Source: a virus. Taken from it: 64,000 bases of DNA. Location of the stretch: IMG/VR virus record IMGVR_UViG_3300045988_122291, positions 32,001-96,000 of that record; one strand, given 5' to 3'. How positions within the stretch are numbered: position 1 is the stretch's first letter; every line of letters begins with the position of its first letter. This document shows, in pieces, positions 19,191 through 29,459 of the stretch. The notes beneath the pieces were generated by a model. The model was not told where the DNA came from. It did not search any database and saw nothing but the letters and a program-made list of their open reading frames with translations. Position numbers and translations under genes: made by a program.

Positions 19191-19380
19191 TGGTTTTCTC
19201 CTTTAGTGCGTCGATAATATTAGCAATTCCCTTTGCACAATCTTCGCACACCTCTGGATAATTCCTCGTGTGTGGAGCACGGCACATTCTATTTTTGCTA
19301 ATAATCGTAATATTATATACGTTTACTTGCTCAAGTGCAGACAGTTCCTTACCGCATACGTCACAAAAACATTTAACCAT
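19183..19380 (-). CDS. small zinc-ribbon protein
   Basis: ATG at 19380 lies within the same repeated junction. CDVCG...CEDC. Confidence 0.4.
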   Translation of the reverse strand: MVKCFCDVCGKELSALEQVNVYNITIISKNRMCRAPHTRNYPEVCEDCAKGIANIIDALKEKTNG

Positions 19381-19663
19381 TGGTTTTCTCCTTTCCATCT
19401 TTAATCGGATATTTTTGGAACATATTATATTGCCAAAACTCATTAACTGGACATAGATACATTGGTGTTTTGAAGATATAAAACATTTCACCAGTATTTT
19501 CATCTAAAGCAAAATGACTATGCTCATTCCAAATTAACTTAAATTGTTTGCCGAATTGTTCTTTTAGCCATTCTTCTTTAATCTTGTTTTTGCCATGATT
19601 TTCGCCCACTCGTGGCTGATATTTAAACCTTTTCATTTTAATCCTCTCTAATTTCGCATACAT
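19373..19663 (-). CDS. hypothetical protein
   Basis: Co-directional ORF. Ends KEKTNG like the next gene downstream. Confidence 0.4.
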   Translation of the reverse strand: MYAKLERIKMKRFKYQPRVGENHGKNKIKEEWLKEQFGKQFKLIWNEHSHFALDENTGEMFYIFKTPMYLCPVNEFWQYNMFQKYPIKDGKEKTNG

Positions 19664-19938
19664 CCCATTGTTCTATCTACAACTTCTTCAACTTGATACT
19701 GAATGATTTTTGCGATTGGAACATTTCTATAAAGAATGAAATGTGCAATTTCGTTGTTATCGCACTTGTTGCATAAATCTTTAACTGCTTCTTCTTGTGT
19801 ATTAAATTCACATGAGCAAATATGTCCTTTAGTAATATTTACAAAAGAATATTTTTTAGTAAATTTATGTTGCATAATCGTACACACACATTTAGTATCA
19901 TCATTCTTTGTCACAACAATTATTGGCAGGAAAACCAT
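19648..19938 (-). CDS. hypothetical protein
   Basis: Co-directional ORF. Confidence 0.35.
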   Translation of the reverse strand: MVFLPIIVVTKNDDTKCVCTIMQHKFTKKYSFVNITKGHICSCEFNTQEEAVKDLCNKCDNNEIAHFILYRNVPIAKIIQYQVEEVVDRTMGCMRN

Positions 19939-19971
19939 TATTTACACCTCTTTTAATTGATTGATTATATT

Positions 19972-20709
19972 TTACCTTACATCAATCGCTTTGTCAATAC
20001 GCTCTTTGGCGATTTCAAAATAATTTTCATCAAGCTCCATACCGATGAAATTACGATTTGTGTTGACGCAAGCTACGCCTGTACTGCCAGACCCCATACA
20101 GTTGTCGAGAACGGTCATTCCTTCGTTGGTATAAGTTTTAATCAGCCATTCAAGTAGGGCTACTGGCTTCTGAGTGGGATGTAAAGCACATTTTTGTTTA
20201 TCAGTTGAAAACGTTAATACGCTTGTAGGAAATCGTTCTGTACTATCATAAGTAGTTAAATTATACTCTCCATAATCTAATGTTTTAATACAGTTGCGTT
20301 TTTGATTTGCGGTGCTTGTTTTCCTTTGATGTCCGGTAGTTTTTTGAGGATTATATACTGGCAATTTTTTATAAAAACAACATATATTTTCATGCGCTCT
20401 TAATGGCATACGATTAGCATTAAGAAATCCTGTTGGAGTGGTTTTGTGCCAAATTAGATTATAACGCCACATTTTCTTATTACTGTTCATTAAATCAGCC
20501 ATAAACAAGCCGTCAGCAAATAACGCAATCATTCCATGTTCTTTAATAATCCTATTATATTGTTTCCATAAAGCGTCTAAAGGAAGAACCGTATCCCATT
20601 TGTTTCTGGCTGTGATTCCATAAGGCAAATCACATAGAATCATATCCACCGACTGGGAGGGGATATGGGGCATAAGTTCAAGGCAATCGCCATTCTTAAT
20701 ATCAATCAT
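19972..20709 (-). CDS. DNA methyltransferase (N6-A/N4-C, beta-class order)
   Basis: DLPYG catalytic motif near the N-terminus (ILCDLPYGI). AdoMet motif VLDNCMGSGSTGVA near the C-terminus. Confidence 0.75.
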   Translation of the reverse strand: MIDIKNGDCLELMPHIPSQSVDMILCDLPYGITARNKWDTVLPLDALWKQYNRIIKEHGMIALFADGLFMADLMNSNKKMWRYNLIWHKTTPTGFLNANRMPLRAHENICCFYKKLPVYNPQKTTGHQRKTSTANQKRNCIKTLDYGEYNLTTYDSTERFPTSVLTFSTDKQKCALHPTQKPVALLEWLIKTYTNEGMTVLDNCMGSGSTGVACVNTNRNFIGMELDENYFEIAKERIDKAIDVR

Positions 20710-20722
20710 GTTTGTTCTCTCC

Positions 20723-21187
20723 TTAGTTAATCTCTCTAAAATCCGTAATTACAGGGTCTCCACACCCATGCTCATAAAACTTATGCACATAGAAGAAATA
20801 TGTGTTAAGCGCATCTTTGACCTTATAAATGATATTAAAGTGCGTATTAAAATCCCAATCTGTCGGCTCACAAGCCATGTCTACCTTATACCAGTCCTTG
20901 GCAAATACTTCGGCGTGTTCTTCAAGCCAGTCTGGTGTGATTTCTTTTACACAGCAAGCATCATAAGAAAAACCTATATCTTTAGACCGAGAATGAACTA
21001 CGGTATAAGAAGTGTATTCATCATCACTGTTTTTCGTAACCGTGCAAATATGTCCCCAGTCACCTATGCGGCGAGAAACGCCCAAAATTTTCGCATGGTC
21101 AGGAAAGAAGTTTACAAACCCTTCATGCTTTTTGGCTTCTTTCAGCGCTTCAATCCACGGTTTGATGTATACTTTCATAGTTTCCAT
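20723..21187 (-). CDS. hypothetical protein
   Basis: SD AAGGAGG upstream; a promoter lies directly upstream. Confidence 0.45.
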   Translation of the reverse strand: METMKVYIKPWIEALKEAKKHEGFVNFFPDHAKILGVSRRIGDWGHICTVTKNSDDEYTSYTVVHSRSKDIGFSYDACCVKEITPDWLEEHAEVFAKDWYKVDMACEPTDWDFNTHFNIIYKVKDALNTYFFYVHKFYEHGCGDPVITDFREIN

Positions 21188-21214
21188 AATTAAAAACCTC
21201 CTTGATTTGATACT

Positions 21215-21243
21215 ATTGTACCATTATCAAGGAGGTCTGTCAA
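21215..21243 (-). promoter_or_regulatory. sigma-A-type promoter (TTGACA-17-TGgTACAAT) nested in an anti-SD/terminator hairpin
   Basis: Spacer arm ACCTCCTTGAT (plus-strand 21226-21236 complement) pairs with the SD arm ATCAAGGAGGT (21196-21206). TTTTAATT and the ATG follow. Confidence 0.6.
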
Positions 21244-21260
21244 GCATTTATTTTAAGTTT

Positions 21261-21617
21261 TTAGAGAGAATTATAGCCAGAATTTTGTTTAACCAAATCT
21301 TGAATACCTTCTGACAGCACTTCATACATCATTTCTGCGTCATCAGTTGTCCAATATTCATCACGAATCCTGTATTTAACCACACAATCTACGCCATAAT
21401 TTGTTAGAGCATCTTTGAATTGCTTCGCTAATTCTTTGCCATATACTGCTGGTTCGCCCATAATGGTTTTCACGCCATCCTTAGGCACAGAAACATAGTA
21501 TGTTCCAGACAGTGAAGCGGTATAGTTACTGGGTTCTTGCTGTATATAAAGCCCCATTATATATGTTTTTACGATAGTGGAAGTAAGTTCTAAATCTTTT
21601 TGTTGCTTTTCGTTCAT
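21261..21617 (-). CDS. hypothetical protein
   Basis: Co-directional ORF immediately after the helicase. Confidence 0.4.
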   Translation of the reverse strand: MNEKQQKDLELTSTIVKTYIMGLYIQQEPSNYTASLSGTYYVSVPKDGVKTIMGEPAVYGKELAKQFKDALTNYGVDCVVKYRIRDEYWTTDDAEMMYEVLSEGIQDLVKQNSGYNSL

Positions 21618-21620
21618 TGC

Positions 21621-23849
21621 TTAGTCCTCCTTCAACATATCTTTCAGCCAAGTATCTCGTGTAGTTTCTTCTTGCACTTTCAGGGCATCTCTCAGCACAT
21701 CTGTATCACTAATAACAATTAGCTTATCACGAGAGCGTGTCATAGCTACATAGCACAAGTTACGAGATAGTAGACGTTTATGTGACTGGTCGGCAAGGAA
21801 AATTACTGCCTTTGCACTCGACCCTTGGCTCTTGTGTGTAGAAATACAATAACCCAGAATCAAGTTTCTAAGGTCAGCACCTTCATAGACACCGTAGCCG
21901 TTCTCAAATTCGACAATAAGCGCATACCCTTTATCAGTTTCCATAACTTCGCGCACATAACCAATATCACCATTCATTACTTCGATAGGGAAAGAAGGGC
22001 TAAAAGAACCTTCATCATTCAGCGCAACAGCGGTCATGCGATAATTGTTCTTAGTGTTTAGTACCTTATCGCCCCACTTAAACTGAATCTTACCACCCTT
22101 GTTGTTATCTTCATATTCAACAGGCGTATAGTCCTTATCGTTGAAATGTGCTTGGATAGCACGATTGATTGCTACTGAGCCAGCTTCACCCTTGTTAAAC
22201 GGCGAAAGAATCATAATATCGTCCTTAGTATATCCTTCATCGAGCAAATGCTGATATTCTGTCATCGCTTGCTTAATAGGATTTGAAATCGGCTCAAACT
22301 CATAATCGTCATACTTTTCTGCTATATGGTCAATATTACCGTTACGAGTATCAGTTGCAATCGTGATTAGACCGCTTGTAGAATAGCGAAAAATCTTATT
22401 TAGACTTGCCACTGGTACAATTCCACTATTGATAACATCAACGATAAAATTGCCACATTGAATAGATGCTAACTGTGCAGGGTCACATACAAATACAAGT
22501 TTGCATTTATAGCCAACCTTCTTGAGAAGTTGTGCCATAAGGTGTACGCTTACCATTGAACTCTCGTCCACAATAACAACACCACGATACTGCATACACT
22601 GACCTTCTTGTTCATCCATGCTATGCTGTGCAAGAAAACGATGAATAGTAGAAGCCTTACGCCCTGTGCTATTAGCCAATACTTTACTTGCAATACCAGT
22701 AGGTGCTAATAACATATAGTCTGCGCACATATCTTCCAACATACGAACAAGCGCTTTGGTAGACGCTGACTTACCCGAACCACTATAACCACGAAGGACA
22801 CAAATATTCTGCTCCCAAGTATTATACAGCACTTGCATCTGCTCGTCAGTACACTTAAAGCCGTCAACTTCTCTGAACTTTTCAAAGTCTGGCTTGCTCA
22901 TAGTGTATTCTGTTTCAAAGATATTGCCTTGTAGCAGTCTATCTTTAATATGTTTTGTAATCGTTTCTTCAGCTTCATAAGTGTCAATCAACGCCGAATA
23001 ACCAGTAGTTTCATCATGATGAATAAAACGACAACCGTTTACTACTTCTGGAATATGCTCTTTGCATTCTGGAATCATTTCTTCTGCCATATAACCGAGA
23101 ACTTCTGCTTCAATGCGTGTATCACCTTCAAGTTCGTTCTCATGTAGAATATTAACACAGCCATATTCACAGCGAAGTTTGCTGTTTTTTAGGTCAGGAT
23201 AGCGTTTCAACACTTCTCTATCACTCTTAGCAAACGACCAGTTAATAACATCGTGATAAATACGGTAAGGATTTTCTTCAAAGTCTTGCTGAAGCAGTTC
23301 TGGACTCGCGTATTTGTCCGAAAGTTTCTGTACATCTTTGTCTTGCGTGATACCCAGTTCAGCACAAACGGGGAAGAAAAGAATGGATTCAAGGTTCTTC
23401 TTAATTTTGTCAATATACATTTCAACACGAACCTTGCCTACGTTGTAAATGTTATGATAATCAATATTTTTTTCTTCACCGCGAAGCACCATTTGAACAA
23501 AATGAGGATATGCTTCATGCACACGTTCAGCTTGAATATACTCCATCATCGTGCTTAGAATAGATATTTCTTTTTCTTCTTCAACTACAATCTCGTCTTT
23601 CTCCATCTTTAGACCCGGATAACCGACAAGAATATAACTTGCTGGACGTTTGGCGTTCTGATTAGGACGAATAGTAATTTCAACTTCATCACCTTCCTTA
23701 AAACCAAACAGATTGCTACCAGAGATAGAGAAACCACCCCACTTATCAAGTTCCATATTATAGTTTCCAATGGGTTTACAGCCCAAAATACGGAACTCAT
23801 CAAGATAATTGACGAATACTTGCTTTCTAATTTTGCATTTAACGTCCAT
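21621..23849 (-). CDS. RecD-like ATP-dependent DNA helicase
   Basis: Preferred ATG at 23849 after GGAGG. Walker A GYSGSGKSAST, Walker B VIVDESSMV, and C-terminal YCISTHKSQGSSAKAVIF typical of RecD/AAA_30-UvrD_C_2 helicases. Confidence 0.75.
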   Translation of the reverse strand: MDVKCKIRKQVFVNYLDEFRILGCKPIGNYNMELDKWGGFSISGSNLFGFKEGDEVEITIRPNQNAKRPASYILVGYPGLKMEKDEIVVEEEKEISILSTMMEYIQAERVHEAYPHFVQMVLRGEEKNIDYHNIYNVGKVRVEMYIDKIKKNLESILFFPVCAELGITQDKDVQKLSDKYASPELLQQDFEENPYRIYHDVINWSFAKSDREVLKRYPDLKNSKLRCEYGCVNILHENELEGDTRIEAEVLGYMAEEMIPECKEHIPEVVNGCRFIHHDETTGYSALIDTYEAEETITKHIKDRLLQGNIFETEYTMSKPDFEKFREVDGFKCTDEQMQVLYNTWEQNICVLRGYSGSGKSASTKALVRMLEDMCADYMLLAPTGIASKVLANSTGRKASTIHRFLAQHSMDEQEGQCMQYRGVVIVDESSMVSVHLMAQLLKKVGYKCKLVFVCDPAQLASIQCGNFIVDVINSGIVPVASLNKIFRYSTSGLITIATDTRNGNIDHIAEKYDDYEFEPISNPIKQAMTEYQHLLDEGYTKDDIMILSPFNKGEAGSVAINRAIQAHFNDKDYTPVEYEDNNKGGKIQFKWGDKVLNTKNNYRMTAVALNDEGSFSPSFPIEVMNGDIGYVREVMETDKGYALIVEFENGYGVYEGADLRNLILGYCISTHKSQGSSAKAVIFLADQSHKRLLSRNLCYVAMTRSRDKLIVISDTDVLRDALKVQEETTRDTWLKDMLKED

Positions 23850-23920
23850 ATAAATAAGACCTCCGTTCTTGCGATTATTGTACCACAGAACGAAGGTCTT
23901 GTCAAGCATTTTATTCGGTT

Positions 23921-24106
23921 TTATTCTTCTTCTCGACTAAATTGTTCAATCCAGTCGATGTAATTATTATAACCGCACCAAGGGCAATAAGCTACGCGAT
24001 AGTGTATAAGAGAGAACCAATTATCCTTAACTTTCCAATCAATCGTATCTTCATCGACTTCAAAGCGCTTATGACAGCCTTGGCAGTTTAGCTTTAGAAT
24101 AGCCAT
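23921..24106 (-). CDS. small zinc-ribbon protein
   Basis: CQGC...CPWCG. Confidence 0.4.
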   Translation of the reverse strand: MAILKLNCQGCHKRFEVDEDTIDWKVKDNWFSLIHYRVAYCPWCGYNNYIDWIEQFSREEE

Positions 24107-24108
24107 AA

Positions 24109-24447
24109 TTACACCTCTTGGTCTACAATCTCGACAATCTCTTGCAAAGCGTCTAAAGCAGTTTGAGATTGACGAACTCTCCCCAGTCCAGAAATGCGCT
24201 GAACAATTTCCTTAATGTCTATAAGAGCACGTTGAGCCGATTCAAGGTTTGCTTCATAAGATTCAAGTTCGTATTTAGTAGCGTCTAAATCGTTTTGAAC
24301 GTTAATAGGTTCTATGCAATTCTTGAGTTCTCTAAGAAAATCACCGCCCATATATTGATGAATATAATAGTAGCAATCTTCAAGGTCTTGAATAATTGCT
24401 TGACCACCATTCTTAATTGGTGTTACTGTCAATCTCTTCACCTCCAT
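24109..24447 (-). CDS. hypothetical protein
   Basis: Co-directional ORF. Confidence 0.4.
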   Translation of the reverse strand: MEVKRLTVTPIKNGGQAIIQDLEDCYYYIHQYMGGDFLRELKNCIEPINVQNDLDATKYELESYEANLESAQRALIDIKEIVQRISGLGRVRQSQTALDALQEIVEIVDQEV

Positions 24448-24581
24448 TCATCTTTTCGCGGAGAACAAAACAATATATCAATCAAAGATACTTTTCCGTC
24501 GCCATAAGTGGCGCATTTCTTCAACTGGCAAGTTTTACTCACTTTGTTGTAATAGATACAGTCTTTACACTGATTTCGCAT
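24438..24581 (-). CDS. small Cys-rich protein
   Basis: ATG at 24581 after GGAGGAACAGAATA. TAATG junction with the upstream gene. Confidence 0.35.
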   Translation of the reverse strand: MRNQCKDCIYYNKVSKTCQLKKCATYGDGKVSLIDILFCSPRKDEWR

Positions 24582-24934
24582 TATTCTGTTCCTCCTTTCA
24601 TTTTTGCCCCGCAGTTGGGGCAATAAGGCTTGCCGTACTCTTGCGAAAAATTCCGACAATGGGTGCATTGCTCTTCATAGTTTCCTGTTTCCAGATTGAA
24701 CCGTCCCGCGCCCCATTCTCCATACACTACTGGCGCAACGTCAGAAACATTTTGGCATTCCTCCAAACACCTCAAAGCCTTACGAATACCCCCACGCATC
24801 GACATACCATGTGCATCCGGTTTTTCGAGCATAAGTTCATACGTTGCGGCAGGAACAGTCAGTGGAATGCTATCTCTGACTTCCAATAACTTGTTCTTAT
24901 ATTCTTCATAGTTAATCAGTTTCATTGCTTTCAC
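24581..24934 (-). CDS. hypothetical protein with C-terminal zinc ribbon
   Basis: CTHC...CPNCG. Confidence 0.4.
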   Translation of the reverse strand: MKAMKLINYEEYKNKLLEVRDSIPLTVPAATYELMLEKPDAHGMSMRGGIRKALRCLEECQNVSDVAPVVYGEWGAGRFNLETGNYEEQCTHCRNFSQEYGKPYCPNCGAKMKGGTE

Positions 24935-27900
24935 CTATTCCTCCTTCGGCTCATAACCGTATCTGTAACTTTGTAACTCCATTGTACCATCATCTTCATT
25001 GATTGTCAAGATTTTTTGTAACTTGTGAGGGAAAATGCTGTTCTTGTAAGACTTGACACGGAACGTATCTTCACTGCGATAACCAGTAAGTACAAGACCC
25101 TGACCACGAGTAAACCAGCTTGTGTCCATGACAGTCTTTGTGCCGTCTGCGTGCTGTTCGCTAAATTGGGCTTTGTAAAATGGATAACTATGATTGTCGA
25201 AACGAGCCTGTACTACGTTGTTATTAGAATCAAGTACAGTAATAGTTGAATGAGCATCATTTCTTGCTATCACTGTACCCATAATTCGACTAAGCTGATA
25301 CTGTCGCCATTCACGCTTGCCGTACTTCTTAGTAACAAACACTGGCTCAGTAGGCAACTTATCAAATGTAGTAACATTGTATCTATCAGCGTCAATGCAA
25401 GTCAATTCATGCTCATTAGAGTAATAGGACAGTGCTTCAAAACTCCAATGATTAACGTTCATGTTAGGCAACTTATCACGCATACGAGCCTTGATAGATT
25501 GTTCGTTATACATCTTTAGGAACTCTGGCTGGTTAATATAAGCCTTTAGTTCTTCAGTGACGTTCTTGAATAGCTTCTCAAGCGACTTATCTACAACAAG
25601 GGTTCTGCCTTCCTCATCATACCACCAATCTACATTTTCTTCAAGTTGACTACGACACATTGAATCGAAGAAAACTAATGCTCGTTCGTCAAGCCAATAG
25701 ATTTTCTTTGATTTGAACTTGGGGTGTGTACCATAGAGGAATTGCTTTGAGCAAACGTATTTTTTGAAGGCAAGTGGCATGATAAGAGTGTTGGGTAGCT
25801 TACAGCCAATGCGTTGTAATTCAGCTAAATTAGCAGTGGTAAGCGTTTGTTTGCGAGGGGTAGAAAGGGCGAAGTACGCTTGCATGACGCGCATACGGTC
25901 AGGACAGAACTCATCAAAACAACCAGCCTTGATTAGTTGGATAAACTTGGATGGCGTGATAAGCGTACCTTGGTATGAGTTGCGTGTATAGAAGTCACGG
26001 AAAGAAGTGTAGGGGCGGTTTGCGATAATTTGTTGAGCAATTTCTGCGTTAATGGATGAAATACCGCCTAAACCGAAAAGAATAGTGTTATTTGCTTCAT
26101 CAACGCCAAAAGACATTTCTGCATGATTAGCTGGTGGTGGAGCAACAGCAATACCATTTTCTTTAGCTTTATATACAGAGCCAGCAATTTTACCATAGTC
26201 CGTAGTATTAGCCACATTATCACGTTCATCTTCTACGCCAGCTTGAGTAATTACAACAGCGGCGTTCCAATAAATCTTAGGGAACTTATAGTAAAGATTT
26301 AGTTCTTGCAAACATTCGGTGCTGTACTCGTTTGAATGGCTAAAGTCGAAGGCGTAAGATTTGGACATTTCAATTTGCACTTTCCATAGATAGTCAAGAA
26401 AAGCCTTGGTTCTGCCACATTCTGCGCCCTTACGGTACAATCTTTCTTCGGTTTCAGCAAGTGCTTCAGCATTTTTCTTCGCAACTGCCTTACGCGCCTT
26501 ATCCGATTCTTTTAGATTGAAGTTACATACACGCTCATCCATTAACACGCTCATCATGGTACTTTGAGCAATCATAAGACCGCAGTAGTTGCCAAGTAGT
26601 TCTTTAAGGATTTCTTGTTCTTCTTGTGGAATACCATAATTGGTCATATCTTGATACCATTCATTGATATTCTTGCGATAGCGAACATACATATCCATAG
26701 GCTGTTCACCATCAGCAACAGCAAGACGCATTAGACCGTTGGCAAGCGTAAGTTCAGTAAGATTCTGAGCACCGATTTTACGTAATGCTTCTTTGCCAGC
26801 CTTAGAGTCATACTGAAACGCAGAAGCCATAGTAGGCAACAAGTCCCACATTTCTTTTGTTGTCTTATCAAGTTTGTCATAAGACAAGTAATAATTGTAA
26901 GTATCTCTGAGCGAACCCTTATCTTCAATTTTACCGTTCTTTAACAGTAGTTCCATGCACGTTCTAATGGTTTGTAGACAGTCGATGGATAGCAGGTCGA
27001 ACTTGAGGTCGCCCGCATATTCAGCGTCATGCAAGTTAAATTGACTGCATACTGCACCGTTAGAAGATACCATGTAGCTACCTGTTTCTGTGTAATCGCC
27101 TTGAAGCACGTTAAGTGCGCCAGCGTGAACGCCAGAAGAAACAATCATACCTTCAAACGCAAGCGCAGTTTCAAGCAAGTCGTCATACTTCTTTACTTCT
27201 GCGACAAATTCTGGCACGGGTGCTCTGCCCTTCTTTTCATTGCCATATAAGCAATCTTTAAGAGAATAAATAGAGCCACGGACAGTAGGAATCAAAGACT
27301 TAATATATCCTACAGTATCAGAAGAAATACCCAATCCAGTTGCGGCACGTTCAAGTGCTGTTTTTGCAGACAACCTACCCCAAGTTACGCATTGGCAAGT
27401 TCTGCGCCAACCAAAATAGTCTTTAATAGCTTGAATAATTCGCTCTTTCTTAAAACTTTGAATATCAATATCACAATCGAAAATGCTTTCCGAACGAGCA
27501 ATAGAACAGAAACGCCACCAAGGGTAAAATTCTTTCGTTTCTGGGAGCATAGGGTCAATACCAGTGATGTTCAATAACTTATTAGTAAGATAGCAACCAG
27601 CCGAACCACGACCAATGCCAACATAACTATCGCCTTCAGTCCAAATAAGGTCTACTACCTTTTGCACAACAGTAAAATAATCTGCCATACATTCACCATC
27701 AAATGCTTCACCCAATCCTTTAACTTGCTCCATTTCAATGTTAATCTGAGCAAGATATTCTTTAATGTTCACTGGATGAATATTATTGTATTCGTACAGT
27801 CCTTTTTCTACTTGATAATAGTAGTATCGTTCATTAAGCGTACCTTCAGTAGCATAATATTTCACAAAAGGAAATTTATCATAATAGTCCTTATAGTAAT

Positions 27901-28864
27901 GCTTAATTTCAAATTCTGGAATCTTAGGCAATGCAGGTACACGAGTAGTCTTTTTAATGGTAATAGGCTGAACCTTGTCAGCAATCTGATTAGTCGTGTC
28001 AAACAATACGTCAATCATTTCGTCATTAAAACCACTTACATACATTTGTTCTCTAAGTTCTTGCGGAGTAAACAGATAGGTGGTCTGATAGAACTTCTCA
28101 GGTTCACGAGAATCACCGCCGTCTTTAGACTTTAGAAAAGCTGTGTGAATCTTTCTATCTTCTAGACGCATGAAATGAGAATCAGTAGTAACAATAATAG
28201 GAATGTTTAACTGTTCATGCAACTTCCACAATGAATTGTTGACCGTAATCTGTTCTTCGTTATCTTCCCAGCAAGGCTGACATTCAAGATAGAAATTATC
28301 CTTGCCAAACGTTCGCCAATTCCACTGAATAAATTCTTTAGCTTTAGCCGTATTGCCAGTAAGAATACACTTAGGCAAGAACCCGCCGATACATCCTGTG
28401 CTAACAGCCAAATGACCCTTGTCTTTGCCTACGACTTCTTCAAAGTCTGAGTAGAAACTTGGTCTACGCAACTGACCTTTATAAGTATAGCTTCTAAGCC
28501 ATGCTCTTGCAGATAATTCATACATTTGCTTTAGACCAATCTCATCCAATACAATTACCAAATAATGCCAATAGTATGGACGGTCGTTTTCACTAAAACG
28601 TAGATTATCTTCTTCTTCTGATAGTAGATAGAACTCATTGGCAAAGATATGCTGAAATGGACGCTGTTTGTCCAAAGCATTATATGCTTTTTCAAGTTCT
28701 ACATATCCACTTACAGTTTGGTGGTCTGAAATAGCATAACCTCTCAGACCATTTTCATAGCACCAGTTTACACATTTAGGGATATTACAAATAGCGTCAG
28801 CAAAACGAAGAACAGCGGAACTGTATTCACTGTGATTGTGTAGTGAAGTATATGTGTTAATCAT
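24935..28864 (-). CDS. dnaE: DNA polymerase III alpha-type replicative polymerase (PHP N-terminus)
   Basis: N-terminal PHP motif TSLHNHSEYS. At 1309 aa the length and layout fit the DnaE family. Confidence 0.75.
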   Translation of the reverse strand: MINTYTSLHNHSEYSSAVLRFADAICNIPKCVNWCYENGLRGYAISDHQTVSGYVELEKAYNALDKQRPFQHIFANEFYLLSEEEDNLRFSENDRPYYWHYLVIVLDEIGLKQMYELSARAWLRSYTYKGQLRRPSFYSDFEEVVGKDKGHLAVSTGCIGGFLPKCILTGNTAKAKEFIQWNWRTFGKDNFYLECQPCWEDNEEQITVNNSLWKLHEQLNIPIIVTTDSHFMRLEDRKIHTAFLKSKDGGDSREPEKFYQTTYLFTPQELREQMYVSGFNDEMIDVLFDTTNQIADKVQPITIKKTTRVPALPKIPEFEIKHYYKDYYDKFPFVKYYATEGTLNERYYYYQVEKGLYEYNNIHPVNIKEYLAQINIEMEQVKGLGEAFDGECMADYFTVVQKVVDLIWTEGDSYVGIGRGSAGCYLTNKLLNITGIDPMLPETKEFYPWWRFCSIARSESIFDCDIDIQSFKKERIIQAIKDYFGWRRTCQCVTWGRLSAKTALERAATGLGISSDTVGYIKSLIPTVRGSIYSLKDCLYGNEKKGRAPVPEFVAEVKKYDDLLETALAFEGMIVSSGVHAGALNVLQGDYTETGSYMVSSNGAVCSQFNLHDAEYAGDLKFDLLSIDCLQTIRTCMELLLKNGKIEDKGSLRDTYNYYLSYDKLDKTTKEMWDLLPTMASAFQYDSKAGKEALRKIGAQNLTELTLANGLMRLAVADGEQPMDMYVRYRKNINEWYQDMTNYGIPQEEQEILKELLGNYCGLMIAQSTMMSVLMDERVCNFNLKESDKARKAVAKKNAEALAETEERLYRKGAECGRTKAFLDYLWKVQIEMSKSYAFDFSHSNEYSTECLQELNLYYKFPKIYWNAAVVITQAGVEDERDNVANTTDYGKIAGSVYKAKENGIAVAPPPANHAEMSFGVDEANNTILFGLGGISSINAEIAQQIIANRPYTSFRDFYTRNSYQGTLITPSKFIQLIKAGCFDEFCPDRMRVMQAYFALSTPRKQTLTTANLAELQRIGCKLPNTLIMPLAFKKYVCSKQFLYGTHPKFKSKKIYWLDERALVFFDSMCRSQLEENVDWWYDEEGRTLVVDKSLEKLFKNVTEELKAYINQPEFLKMYNEQSIKARMRDKLPNMNVNHWSFEALSYYSNEHELTCIDADRYNVTTFDKLPTEPVFVTKKYGKREWRQYQLSRIMGTVIARNDAHSTITVLDSNNNVVQARFDNHSYPFYKAQFSEQHADGTKTVMDTSWFTRGQGLVLTGYRSEDTFRVKSYKNSIFPHKLQKILTINEDDGTMELQSYRYGYEPKEE

Positions 28865-29381
28865 AATATTTTAGTCCTCTTTCTTGCCATTCTTTAGGCA
28901 TTTTAGTAACCTTGTTAAGCCAACGCCAAACTGTTGGTGGATTCATATTGTTGTGCTGTTGACAAAATTCTGGTAGCGAACGATAAATTATGCCATCACA
29001 AATAATGGATTTTTGAATATGAGTTGTTTTAACGTCCTTTCGACCTTTTGCGATACGATGACAATGCTGTGGCGTATTGTTGTTTTCTACACTGGTTGTC
29101 CAATACAAATTATCAGCGCAATTATTTGTTCTTGTTTCGTCTTTATGCCCTACTTGCGGAAGATGGTCAGGGTTAGGGATAAACGCTTCAGCAACAATAC
29201 GATGCAACAGACAAAGTTTTGTTTTTCCGTAATTGCAACGTGCCAATCTTAAACTTACATACTGATTATTTCCAATATAGGTGGACATAATTTTGTTTGT
29301 AAATAAACTCTTAACTCTACCAAGATTGCTTACTTGATAGAATCCTTCATAACCTACAACGTCTTTCCAAATTTCTTCCAA
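28857..29381 (-). CDS. free-standing HNH homing endonuclease (NUMOD4 plus HNH_3)
   Basis: Preferred TTG at 29381 after AAGGAGGGG gives MEEIWKDVVGYEGFYQVSNLGRVKS (NUMOD4). HRIVAEAFIPNP...VGHKDETRTNNCADNLYW (HNH). The 3' end overlaps the polymerase start. Confidence 0.7.
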   Translation of the reverse strand: MEEIWKDVVGYEGFYQVSNLGRVKSLFTNKIMSTYIGNNQYVSLRLARCNYGKTKLCLLHRIVAEAFIPNPDHLPQVGHKDETRTNNCADNLYWTTSVENNNTPQHCHRIAKGRKDVKTTHIQKSIICDGIIYRSLPEFCQQHNNMNPPTVWRWLNKVTKMPKEWQERGLKYYD

Positions 29382-29430
29382 TATCAACCCCTCCTTAAAA
29401 CAAAAATGGGAATAGCTTTTAACTACTCCC

Positions 29431-29459
29431 ATTCTATCACATATCTATTCACTTGTCAA
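29431..29459 (-). promoter_or_regulatory. sigma-A-type promoter (TTGACA-17-TGaTAGAAT) abutting a terminator hairpin
   Basis: TAGAAT is immediately followed by GGGAGTAG-TTAAAAG-CTATTCCC plus ATTTTTG (29401-29430). Confidence 0.5.
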
